A DNA stretch of 63,924 nucleotides, the filler included, from Aduncisulcus paluster (lineage: Eukaryota): NCBI GenBank assembly GCA_024181965.1. It is 9 parts of 9 records of this genome, joined end to end, with 100 filler letters (N's around TTAATTAATTAA, not from the genome) between each part and the next. Parts side by side here need not be neighbours in the genome. Positions count along the whole stretch, not along the records: positions 45,716 to 58,798 come from BQXS01000025.1; 8 more parts are not named here. The stretch is one strand, 5' to 3'. Position 1 is the first letter of the stretch, and every line of letters starts with the position of its first letter. The notes beneath the pieces are model-generated. The model was given only the letters and a program-made list of their open reading frames with translations. It did not search any database and had not been told where the DNA came from. Of the stretch, positions 46,609 to 56,256 are shown one piece after another. The translations under genes were made by a program, and so were the position numbers.

Positions 46609-48354
46609 TCATTCTCTTGCACTGATGAATTTTCTCTTCTTACTACCATCTGGTTTAGGTTTACCCTTGCTCAATTTTCTTCCTTCTCTCCTGGCGCTCG
46701 TTTCACGGGCACTTGTACTTTTCAGAACAGCTTCCTTACGTTTCCTTTTCATCTTCTTCTCTTCCTCCTCTTTCTTTCTCACCAGTTTGTACACTCTCTG
46801 GCGATATTCATCCACAGTAAACTTGATATCATCGCTGATCGGAACAGTCAGAGGGGCAGTTAGATGGGGAACAGGAGCAACGGGGAGGGAAAGCGGAGGC
46901 TTTTCGGGTGTCCCTTCCCCACGGGCGAATACTGCAACGTATGGATGGTGGAGAGCATCAATGGCTCGTATGCGGTGAGAAGGGGAGAAAGATAGGCATC
47001 TGGCAAGCAAATCAATGGCCTCAACAGAGGCTCCTGAGAGAATGAGGGATAATCGCCGAACCAAGTGTATAGAAGGGGTGCAATAGGCAAACCGAGCACT
47101 CAGTTCAGGGTTTGAAGCAATAGAAGGGAGAACAGAAAAAGAGGAGGATAAGCTTGATGGAGAACAATGTTTCAAGGGTGAGGAAGAGAGGGACGATGCT
47201 TGAGAACCTGATGGTGAGACAGTGGTGGAGGATGGAGTGGAATGGGAGTGGTGTCTTCTCAAATCTGACTTATGGGAATGTGACGAATGCCTTGACCTAG
47301 AATGATGGAGAGAGCCTGATGACTTGGTTTTATGCAAGGACTTATGATGGTGGGAATGGCCGTGTAAGTCAGAAGAGGAATGTTTCATTGATTTACGATC
47401 AGATTCACGAATAAAGGGAGTGGATTGAGTGATTTTGCTCTCAACCTGGGTATCAGCAAGTTGATCTGAATGATTGTCAAAGCCAGGACAAGAGCGGGCG
47501 TGAGAAACCTTGATAGAGCCAGAAACAGAGCTTGACATACGCTGTCGGCTGGCACGGCCGTAGGAAGGTTTTACAGACACTGGAAGAGCATCCAGAAGAC
47601 TGTGAACAAATGGAGAATCAAGTTCTTTGATAATTTCATCAGAAGGATACCCGGTTACATTAATAATACGAGTAAGTTGGTTAAGAGAACAAGATCCTGG
47701 AAATAGTGGTTTACCTTGCAATAATTCTGCAAAAATACATCCAATGGCCCACATATCGACATCCAATGTGTATCTTTGAAGACCCAATAGAATTTCAGGG
47801 GGTCGATACCAACGGGTGGCGACATAGTCGGTCATGAGGGATGCTGGAACAGAATCGCCGGAAAATGCTTGGGAAACAGATCTAGCAAGTCCAAAATCAC
47901 ATATTTTAATGGCACAATCGCTATCAATAAGGATATTGCTGGGTTTCAAATCCCTATGCAAAACACTCCCGCTGTGAATGTAATAAACGGAAATAAATAG
48001 CTGATATATGATATATTGAATATGGATATCCTGGAGAATATCAGATCGAATCACTGCATGAAGATCAGAAGGGAAATACGGGAAAACAAGGTAAAGATCA
48101 CGATTATTATCAGCAGTATGGATATTTAGCAAGGAAATAATATTGACATGACGCAAACTCTTCAAATAAAAGACTTCACGATACGCACGTTGAGCATCTG
48201 TACCATTTTCAAAAACACCAATACATTTTTTTAACGCGACCAATTTTGAGGTCTCTCTATCCTTTGCTTTGTAAACAATTCCATATGCTCCTTTTCCTAT
48301 CTTGCTAATTAGCTGATACCGCTTTAAAATGTGCTTATCAACGGAGAAAGACAT
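46609..48354 (-). CDS. MAPK15: Atypical MAP kinase, ERK7/ERK8 type
   Basis: GKGAYGIV, TDAQRAYRE, DNNRDLYLVF, HRDLKPSN, DFGLAR and MTDYVATRWYR (TDY motif), plus a large S/H-rich insert. Confidence 0.9.
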   Translation of the reverse strand: MSFSVDKHILKRYQLISKIGKGAYGIVYKAKDRETSKLVALKKCIGVFENGTDAQRAYREVFYLKSLRHVNIISLLNIHTADNNRDLYLVFPYFPSDLHAVIRSDILQDIHIQYIIYQLFISVYYIHSGSVLHRDLKPSNILIDSDCAIKICDFGLARSVSQAFSGDSVPASLMTDYVATRWYRPPEILLGLQRYTLDVDMWAIGCIFAELLQGKPLFPGSCSLNQLTRIINVTGYPSDEIIKELDSPFVHSLLDALPVSVKPSYGRASRQRMSSSVSGSIKVSHARSCPGFDNHSDQLADTQVESKITQSTPFIRESDRKSMKHSSSDLHGHSHHHKSLHKTKSSGSLHHSRSRHSSHSHKSDLRRHHSHSTPSSTTVSPSGSQASSLSSSPLKHCSPSSLSSSFSVLPSIASNPELSARFAYCTPSIHLVRRLSLILSGASVEAIDLLARCLSFSPSHRIRAIDALHHPYVAVFARGEGTPEKPPLSLPVAPVPHLTAPLTVPISDDIKFTVDEYRQRVYKLVRKKEEEEKKMKRKRKEAVLKSTSARETSARREGRKLSKGKPKPDGSKKRKFISARE

Positions 48355-48710
48355 GCTGATTATCTCTATGGCAGAACAAATCTAAAAAAACGATAAATAT
48401 TATGTGTAAAGATATACAAATCACAATAATTTGCTTTTCCCCGAATTTACACTTTTAGATCGACAGGAAATTAATGCCGCATCATCGCGGCGATGATGAG
48501 TATCAATCCTACAAACAAAATAGATACAGTAGCATATAAAAATATTATAAATGACTATTTTTAGTGTAAATTTTAAATTTATTCTGGTATTAGATCTCTC
48601 CATTCTAATGGAAAATGATTTTGAAAATAATTAGATCTATGTTTTGTTAAAAAAAGATTTTAGGAAGCCAATGCACAGAATATCAATAGCAAAAATAGAG
48701 AAAGCATAGT

Positions 48711-49350
48711 CCCTTGCATCTTTCGTTGTAATATTGCTTGAAGAAGACATGAAGCTCGAATACTATTTTTTTTATCACAGAATCACATTCTTCATGTTAT
48801 GATTTGATTGGAGTATTATTTGACTAACAAATTATTTTTTTCTTGGTTTCTGAGCTTGTGAAGAGTTGACCCTCATTCAACGAACTTTACATCTGGATGA
48901 TCGATTGCACCTTCAATCAAACACTGCCAATCCTCTTCATTTCCGAGTCTCACAGATTTATACAATGCTTTCATCATTCCTTCAACATTTCCCATTTGAC
49001 GATATGAATGGGAAAGGATCNNNNNNNNNNNNNNNNNNNNCCCTTGCATCTTTCGTTGTAATATTGCTTGAAGAAGACATGAAGCTCGAATACTATTTTT
49101 TTTATCACAGAATCACATTCTTCATGTTATGATTTGATTGGAGTATTATTTGACTAACAAATTATTTTTTTCTTGGTTTCTGAGCTTGTGAAGAGTTGAC
49201 CCTCATTCAACGAACTTTACATCTGGATGATCGATTGCACCTTCAATCAAACACTGCCAATCCTCTTCATTTCCGAGTCTCACAGATTTATACAATGCTT
49301 TCATCATTCCTTCAACATTTCCCATTTGACGATATGAATGGGAAAGGATC
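48711..49350. repeat. 310-bp duplication flanking a 20-N gap (unmerged overlap)
   Basis: 48711-49020 equals 49041-49350. Confidence 0.9.
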
Positions 49351-49681
49351 CGATATGCTTCACGACTTGTGTGGGGATTACTAATACAATACATAACAGC
49401 TTCAGCTGCTTTTTGAAATTGACCAATTCTATAAAAACCTCTTGCTGCATATAACCAACCTTTTGCATCTAAAAGATGAATTGGAGCACAAATCATTTTA
49501 AATTATTCATTATTGACGTGGAAAAATAAAAAAATAGATTGATTGAGTGATTGATATTAATATTATAGTTATAAACATCGAAAATGATGGCGAAATAGCA
49601 TAAATTAAATAACAATAGAAATAGCATACCCGATGGAGTAATTCCAATGGTTTCTTGAATATCTTTTATAATGCTTGACAT
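49203..49681 (-). CDS. Small TPR-like protein (~105 aa)
   Basis: Exon 1 (49681-49630) and a GTATGC..TAG intron (49629-49469) join in frame. Helical pairs W...A..FY..G.F..A and AY..L...Y...G are TPR-like. Confidence 0.65.
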
Positions 49682-50224
49682 GACTTATTACCTATTACTT
49701 TGGAGTTAACAAAATCAGTCGTGAAAGCAAATTCGTATGGAGATGGGAAATGAGAGCCTTTTTGAAAAAGTCAAGGGGAAAAAAAGGAAAATAAGATTGT
49801 GAAAATTGTTTATTTTTCATTAGTTTCCAATTAAAAATAGATTTGGGATTTTCAGCCAACCTGGTCAATTCACATGAATATTACCGAGTCCATTGAAAAA
49901 ATTATGTTTATCATCAAGGAGATATTATTAAAATAAACATCATATGGTATTTCATTCAAAGTTCTCCATTGGTCGAAGTCTTTCAAAGACATCAAGTTGA
50001 TGAATACTGTACAAATGTGAAACTCAAGTTATAGCAAATTCACAATAGAAATCAACGAGTCAATTCAGATTCCACTAATCCACTAGACACACACACAGGT
50101 ATGCAAAAGAATATAAACATGTTACCAACAATCGTGAATGGAGAAGAGATAAAATGAAGGAAAATTATCATTATATAATGATAATATACTTATTCAAATC
50201 GTACCATACATTCTCATTTGATTA

Positions 50225-53200
50225 TCACTCTATCCACCATCTTCTCCCCTTTCTTATAGCTGCACCCATAAAGAGAGTCCTCGAGGTCACCATAACATCA
50301 TCAACACCTTCTGAAGTGGCTTGAACAGTGACTTGGGCAGCCCCACAGCCCATTTCAGCGACAAGCATGTTAACCTGAAGGACGACTGAGCTGGATACAC
50401 GGGCAGGGACAACGTGATCAGGCTCAAACAGGGCGACAATGCAATCAAGTTGAACTGGGTTCAAATTTGGACATAGCACGGAACGGAGTTGAGGGTCAAG
50501 TAGAGCACTTTTCCCTGTCAGAAGAACGTTGGAGAGTTGTGAACAGAAAGGAAAGAGGAAGGCCGGGTTTGTCAGGGCTCTGTGGGTATTCTGGAGGTTG
50601 TCATCACTATATAAAGCAATGGATAGAGCTTCATCTTGCTCTAACTGAAGAGTATCCAGTTCAGATGCAACACTGGTGCACCATTTCACCATAGTTTCAA
50701 TTAGAACCTTGAGAGAGAGAGCCGTATTGCCAGAAAGAGGAGGAGGAGGAGGGAGAGCTGTGGAGCTAATATGAGATGTGGATGGAGAAGGGGTCATTGA
50801 ATGTAACTTGGCGCGTTTCTCTCTTCTTTTCCGATCTTTTTCTTCTTTCACCCATGCTTCTCTTGCAAGCACAATGCCATTGAAGACACACACGTCAATC
50901 TCACGAAGAACACGGACCAAGAGCCATTTCACAATGTGTACACTGGTCGTATTTTCAAGGGATAATAACATAAACAAATGAGAAAGGAACGAGAGAAGAT
51001 TTGACATAGGACTGGCCATTCCAATGCCTGGGGAGGTGGTCACAGAAAGATATCCGGCAACAGCGGCGGGATCAGCAATAACAGCAGACCCAGCATTCGA
51101 TCCACCTTTGCCCACTCTTGGAGTGGACATTCCATCCTTATTTCCGACAGTCACAGATGCCCCCATGGTGCTACCGTGCAGAGCAGGAGTGGATGGTTGC
51201 ATGGTTAACGTGGGAACACCTGAATCTTTCCCTTCTTTGCCCTTTCCTGAGCCATGGCCAGATATTCCAGGGGATGTCGTGTCTACAGAGGAAAGCAGAC
51301 TCCCTGCATCAATGATATCAGAAACACGGGATTCACAGGCGGACGACACACATGAGAATGCAAGGGAAGAGAGCAAAGAGAGTGCTCTAGCAAGACGACG
51401 AAGAATGGATGACAGGTGGAGAGGAGAGGAAGGAGAGTTCTCAACAAGGGAGCACAAGAATGAAGCCAAGGAAGACACGGAAGGGAACGAAGGTGAAGGA
51501 ATGTCAAGAGATGGAGATGGGGTTGAAGGAGGATGACCAAGACCAGCTTTGAATTCTAACTCAATAATACTATTGGCTGAACGCTCTCCAACAACACCAA
51601 GAGAACCACTACTAAAGGCAGAGCCATACATGGAGAACACATATGGAATGTCAGTCGAAGATTGAGTCTCAGATGGACTTGTCGGCAAATCACCGGCCAT
51701 AGGCGGTAGTAATGTCTTGGCAACAGTTTCAAGGCGGTCAGAATGAACCTCAGTCGATGGTCTCCCATCTCTGGCTGAATGTCTCCGACTCCTGGCACTT
51801 TCTCGTATTTCTCCGCCCAAAATCTGTTTGAGTTCTTTCCTAATTCCTTCCTCTGTCGTTGTGTAAGCACCCTTGATCCTTTGTTCACTCCTGAGATGAA
51901 GAACAAGGGGGGATAAGGGCTGTGTTCCAGAGTTCCAGGCCTTGTCGAACGACATAAGGATATCTTGAAGCATCCCAGAGAGGGGATTTGACACACAAAC
52001 ATCAGGAAGACCTTGAGAATATCCACTTGGGGTAGACTTGGCAGCAAATGTGGCTTGTTTTGTGCCACTTGCAGTAGCTTGTTGAGTAGAAGTGCCAGGG
52101 TGGGGTACAGAGGTCGAGAGTGGAATTGTTTCCCCTGATATTTTGTGTGCTCTTCGATTCCTTCTTCTCTTCCTCTCAAACTCCCCAGCTTTCTTTTCCA
52201 ATGAGCTTACAAAACACCCGACACATACACACGTATTCCCCCAATAAGACAGGGCATCGACATCCTGTGACTCTGAGAGTTCAATCAACAAGGACAAGAG
52301 CGAAGGGAGAAGAGAGGATAAGAGGTGAGTCAAAGATAATGAGAGAAGAGCAGACGATTGTCCACAGGAACTATGAGAGGCTCCATTCGGGAGAGAGCCA
52401 GTCGTTCCAGATGTAGTGGAGGAAGTGGCGGACGAGGAGGAGGAAATGGTGGAAATTGCACCTTCTCCAAGAGTTGTGGATGGAGACGACCGTCCTGAAC
52501 CACAAATATCAGATTCTATAATTGGCTGTTTACCACTCTGAACTGTTCTTGAGGACGGTTGATTAGATTTAGAGGCTGGGGTTATACTCTTTTGTTCCTT
52601 ATTGTTCTTTGTGACACGTGGATCTTCCTTGGTGAGGTCATCAGAGGAAGAAGAGGAGGAAGACACTGGATCAAGCAAATGTAAATCCTCAACGATTTTC
52701 AAGCAATGGGCTGATTGGCGAATGACTTCAAATAATAAACCAATGATTGCCACTGCAGAGGATGTTGAACTGTGAACATAGCTATAATCTTCCATTTCAA
52801 ACAGAGTCTCCAACTCTGACTGCACGAAAGAGAGCAAGGATACAAAATGCCTATTGATGATAATTTCTTGCTGCTTTTGGATATTCTGAAGACGCAGATC
52901 CTCCATCATTGTCAGTACACTGAGTCCCTCTTGTTCTGTGTGCACAAGAACACTGTCACAGCTCTCATCGGAAGTTGTGTCGACTCCACGTCCATCACTG
53001 GCACCTCGCCTTGTCCTATGTGTCTGGCGTTGGGTTGAGGTAGATTGGCGAGGAGTCGATGCTCTCTGCTCTTTGACAAGGGTCTCAGCAGCCATCTCAT
53101 GATATACTACTGTATCTTGCTTCTCGTATTGATAATTTTTCTCAAACACAGTATGTGGGTGATGCTCATCAGGAGTGGATGCGGAATGGATTGTTGAGGA

Positions 53201-55390
53201 AACTGTTGGAGAAGAAGAAGATGCACCTTGGACTTGGAGGGCAGGTAGTTGGTCACTCATATCGTGGGTCTCCATTCCAGTGAGTTTCTTCGATGGAGAG
53301 TCTCCTCTTCTTTCAAATGAAAAGTTAGGGTCAAACTCATCTTGTGCACCAGTATCAACATCTTCAGTGACTACTGTACGACTACCTCCTTGAACAAATT
53401 TAGGTGTGTTAACGTGTGAAGAGGAATGCTTTGAGGGTGTCTCAGTTGCGGAGATGGATGGAGACCAAGCATCATGATGATTGGACAACTTCAAAGTTGA
53501 TCCTTCGCCTGGAATTGTCGCACTATCAATATTCACACCATCCTTATGATCATCTGAGTTTCCGCTACTGTATGGTATTGGAGAAGGTGAAGCATGGGGA
53601 GAAATGGGAGTTGCTTGAGGATGAGATTTGGATTCCCCAGATTTTGATCCCTTATCATCAGAATGATCATGCACATCATGTTGTTGATCGGCCTTGACAG
53701 AATCGTCATCATCTATATTTAGACTCTCTATAACTGTATCGGTGTCTCCGCATTCACTGAAACTCATGCCACTTGGATGATGTCTATGGAATGACTGGGA
53801 TATGGTTCCAGACGATGAAGACTCGGAGAAATGGGGGATTGTCCCACCGGCATGACCATTGGTATCGTTGTCCTTGAGTTCAGCTTCATCATGAGTGGTC
53901 TTGGGGGGTTTCTCAATGGACATAAATGGAGTGGATAATGAAACGGATGGGGATGGGATATCTAAGGAAAGGAGGTCAAGATCTTTGGAATCTCGACGGC
54001 GTTCACGCTCTTCATGGGAGAACAGTGAGCACAATTCAGAGGTTCCACCGATTGTAATGGACCGCTTGTGCCTTGAATGTCCACTACCTCGTCTAGATGA
54101 TGATTGAGCTCCATGGCCGGACCACGGGGAGAGAGCAGCCCCAATTCTCTCTCTGTCTGTTCCTCTTTCCGCCATTCTATCGAACACTGCATGTGAGAGA
54201 CTTCGTTTATGAGGGGAGAGCGCTGACATGGAAGGGGAACGAGGAGGAAGACCAAATGGTGATGGTTTGGATGTAAATTGATGTTGATGGTCACGAATAG
54301 ATGTTGGTTTGTCAAATGGATGATCAGAGAACTCATCAAAACTGGTGTCATTGGCCGTGGTCCCTGAAGTGTGTGATATGGTATCAAGTTCGTTATCAAT
54401 ATTGGGGCTAATTGAATTAAAATCACCTTGGTCACGACTTTCTTTGGTCTCGATTGGCACTGTCTTATCATCACGGGGGTGGGAAGCAGAAGGAGAGACT
54501 TCAAGAGATTTCTTACTCCCATCGGACTCAATGCTGGAAAGTTGGGATTGACTGGCTTGCTGTTCTCTCATTTTCTTCCAACGTTCACGATGTTTTTCTC
54601 GCTCTTGCCTCTCTTTCTTCCTCTCACGTTCCTTGCGTTCGTTTTCCTCAATCCATTCTAGTAAAATCTTTTCATCGCCTCGGACTGCCCCTGTCGAAAT
54701 GGGACCTACCATCATCCCAGGTTGATCACGTTCGTGATAGACAGCAATGCTCAAATTAAGGGTACCACAGAGAGTGGTTGCAGCCATGCCAAGCTGAGAA
54801 AACAATGATCCAACTGGCCGAGAAAGGGCCCGGGCAATATTAAACCGAAGATGATACGTTGCTACTTTTGGGGATAATGAATCTGTATCAGATCCATGGG
54901 CAGATTTATGTGGAGATATTGTAAATAGGTGAGGATGCGTTTGAGGAGTAGGAATGACAGTGGTTCCAAGCCTATCTGAAGGATTAGATGAAGATATTGT
55001 TGATGAAGAATTTTTAGGTGGATTTTCTATGGATTGAGTGAAGTATGTTGCTAAATTCAGAGATAAGTTTCCAATCGTCAAATCACCAACGTGTTTTAAA
55101 TGGACAGTTTTAGATTTAATTGATGAGCTGTCTAGAATAAGTTCTATTGAAAGAGATTTGTCTTTGACAGGGGAATCTTTCTTCCCAGGCATCATGGTGC
55201 AAACGAAACTTGATTTTCCCTTAAATTCAATATCTCCACTTTTACAAATGGTAAAAGGCAGCGTTCCATTAATTTTGGAGCCTCGTTTGAACTTCAGAGC
55301 AACCATCGCTCCTTCAATTGGAAAGCCTTTCAAGCTATGGAAAAATACTTCGTACTTTGTTTTTTCTCCTTTTGAATTTAATTTAATCAT
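50225..55390 (-). CDS. NT-C2 (EEIG1/EHBP1-type) plus C-terminal DIL (dilute) domain protein
   Basis: N-terminus has LKFKRGSK..G, IEF....F.CTM, K.L.I and IG.L.LNLA.Y. C-terminus has LSYWGN, IDVCVFN.IV, and QLSNVL...K......RSVLCPNLN.VQL..IV..F.PD....V. Confidence 0.75.
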   Translation of the reverse strand: MIKLNSKGEKTKYEVFFHSLKGFPIEGAMVALKFKRGSKINGTLPFTICKSGDIEFKGKSSFVCTMMPGKKDSPVKDKSLSIELILDSSSIKSKTVHLKHVGDLTIGNLSLNLATYFTQSIENPPKNSSSTISSSNPSDRLGTTVIPTPQTHPHLFTISPHKSAHGSDTDSLSPKVATYHLRFNIARALSRPVGSLFSQLGMAATTLCGTLNLSIAVYHERDQPGMMVGPISTGAVRGDEKILLEWIEENERKERERKKERQEREKHRERWKKMREQQASQSQLSSIESDGSKKSLEVSPSASHPRDDKTVPIETKESRDQGDFNSISPNIDNELDTISHTSGTTANDTSFDEFSDHPFDKPTSIRDHQHQFTSKPSPFGLPPRSPSMSALSPHKRSLSHAVFDRMAERGTDRERIGAALSPWSGHGAQSSSRRGSGHSRHKRSITIGGTSELCSLFSHEERERRRDSKDLDLLSLDIPSPSVSLSTPFMSIEKPPKTTHDEAELKDNDTNGHAGGTIPHFSESSSSGTISQSFHRHHPSGMSFSECGDTDTVIESLNIDDDDSVKADQQHDVHDHSDDKGSKSGESKSHPQATPISPHASPSPIPYSSGNSDDHKDGVNIDSATIPGEGSTLKLSNHHDAWSPSISATETPSKHSSSHVNTPKFVQGGSRTVVTEDVDTGAQDEFDPNFSFERRGDSPSKKLTGMETHDMSDQLPALQVQGASSSSPTVSSTIHSASTPDEHHPHTVFEKNYQYEKQDTVVYHEMAAETLVKEQRASTPRQSTSTQRQTHRTRRGASDGRGVDTTSDESCDSVLVHTEQEGLSVLTMMEDLRLQNIQKQQEIIINRHFVSLLSFVQSELETLFEMEDYSYVHSSTSSAVAIIGLLFEVIRQSAHCLKIVEDLHLLDPVSSSSSSSDDLTKEDPRVTKNNKEQKSITPASKSNQPSSRTVQSGKQPIIESDICGSGRSSPSTTLGEGAISTISSSSSATSSTTSGTTGSLPNGASHSSCGQSSALLSLSLTHLLSSLLPSLLSLLIELSESQDVDALSYWGNTCVCVGCFVSSLEKKAGEFERKRRRNRRAHKISGETIPLSTSVPHPGTSTQQATASGTKQATFAAKSTPSGYSQGLPDVCVSNPLSGMLQDILMSFDKAWNSGTQPLSPLVLHLRSEQRIKGAYTTTEEGIRKELKQILGGEIRESARSRRHSARDGRPSTEVHSDRLETVAKTLLPPMAGDLPTSPSETQSSTDIPYVFSMYGSAFSSGSLGVVGERSANSIIELEFKAGLGHPPSTPSPSLDIPSPSFPSVSSLASFLCSLVENSPSSPLHLSSILRRLARALSLLSSLAFSCVSSACESRVSDIIDAGSLLSSVDTTSPGISGHGSGKGKEGKDSGVPTLTMQPSTPALHGSTMGASVTVGNKDGMSTPRVGKGGSNAGSAVIADPAAVAGYLSVTTSPGIGMASPMSNLLSFLSHLFMLLSLENTTSVHIVKWLLVRVLREIDVCVFNGIVLAREAWVKEEKDRKRREKRAKLHSMTPSPSTSHISSTALPPPPPLSGNTALSLKVLIETMVKWCTSVASELDTLQLEQDEALSIALYSDDNLQNTHRALTNPAFLFPFCSQLSNVLLTGKSALLDPQLRSVLCPNLNPVQLDCIVALFEPDHVVPARVSSSVVLQVNMLVAEMGCGAAQVTVQATSEGVDDVMVTSRTLFMGAAIRKGRRWWIE

Positions 55391-55445
55391 CGTTATTCGA
55401 ATAACTCATATAATAACCTAGACAAGATCGTGTTTTGGGATCACT

Positions 55446-55963
55446 ATGGTTGAAGAAAAGGATATTCAAAAGGTAAAACTAATGCCTTTACTTGTAAAGT
55501 ATGTTAATAAGTTGATTTCTCATTATTTTATTTTTCTATTCTACTAATTCTCATGTTCAAACATCAATTCTTGTTTCCTGGATTATTATTAAATCTCAGT
55601 GATCCTCAAGCATTTTTTCTCTTAAGAAAATGGATGTTTTTTATCGCTCTTCTTAGTTTGGGGCCTTTTTTCTCACTGAAAGTAGCTTTACCAGCTTTGC
55701 ATTTTTCTGTCGAGCAAACGGCTTTATGGAGTTGCATAGGTGCTGTTATTGGACTGATTTTAGCGTTTACTATTTATTATATATATGTTGTTAAAGTAGA
55801 TTTTAGTGGGGACTCTGAAGTGGAAGTATTTGAGGAAGATGAAAGTGAAGCCAGTGAGGAATTGCATGAGAAATCTGATGAAGAAAAGGAAATTATTGGT
55901 CCAAAAATGGATGAAACTGAAAAAGAAGATGATTCAAAAAGGCCTATTACAAAGGAAGAATAA
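55446..55963 (+). CDS. VMA21-like two-TM protein (V-ATPase assembly)
   Basis: Exon 1 is 55446-55498, followed by a GTATGT..CAG intron (55499-55599) containing TACTAAT. Pattern LRKWMFF.....GP ... S.I.AVI......IY, then an acidic tail. Confidence 0.55.
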
Positions 55964-56256
55964 TAGCTATCACTGAGCCCTCATATCTCTAAAAATATAT
56001 TGGATTCAATTGATTTGATCCTTCTAAGAAGAATATTGCTCTTAATTATTTCATTTTTCCCGGAAGAATCACTGTCGAATTTATTATTAAAGAGTTTGCG
56101 AGCGAGGTTTAATGAGGCAAGAAAATAGTCAATTTATTCCATTCAAATCGCATAAAATAAAACTGTTTTAATAAAACAGATCTGTTTGGAATTTTTCAGT
56201 CATATTTTTGTTCGAGAATTTTGGCCTAAATTTTTGGCCCAAAATTTTAGGGCGAT

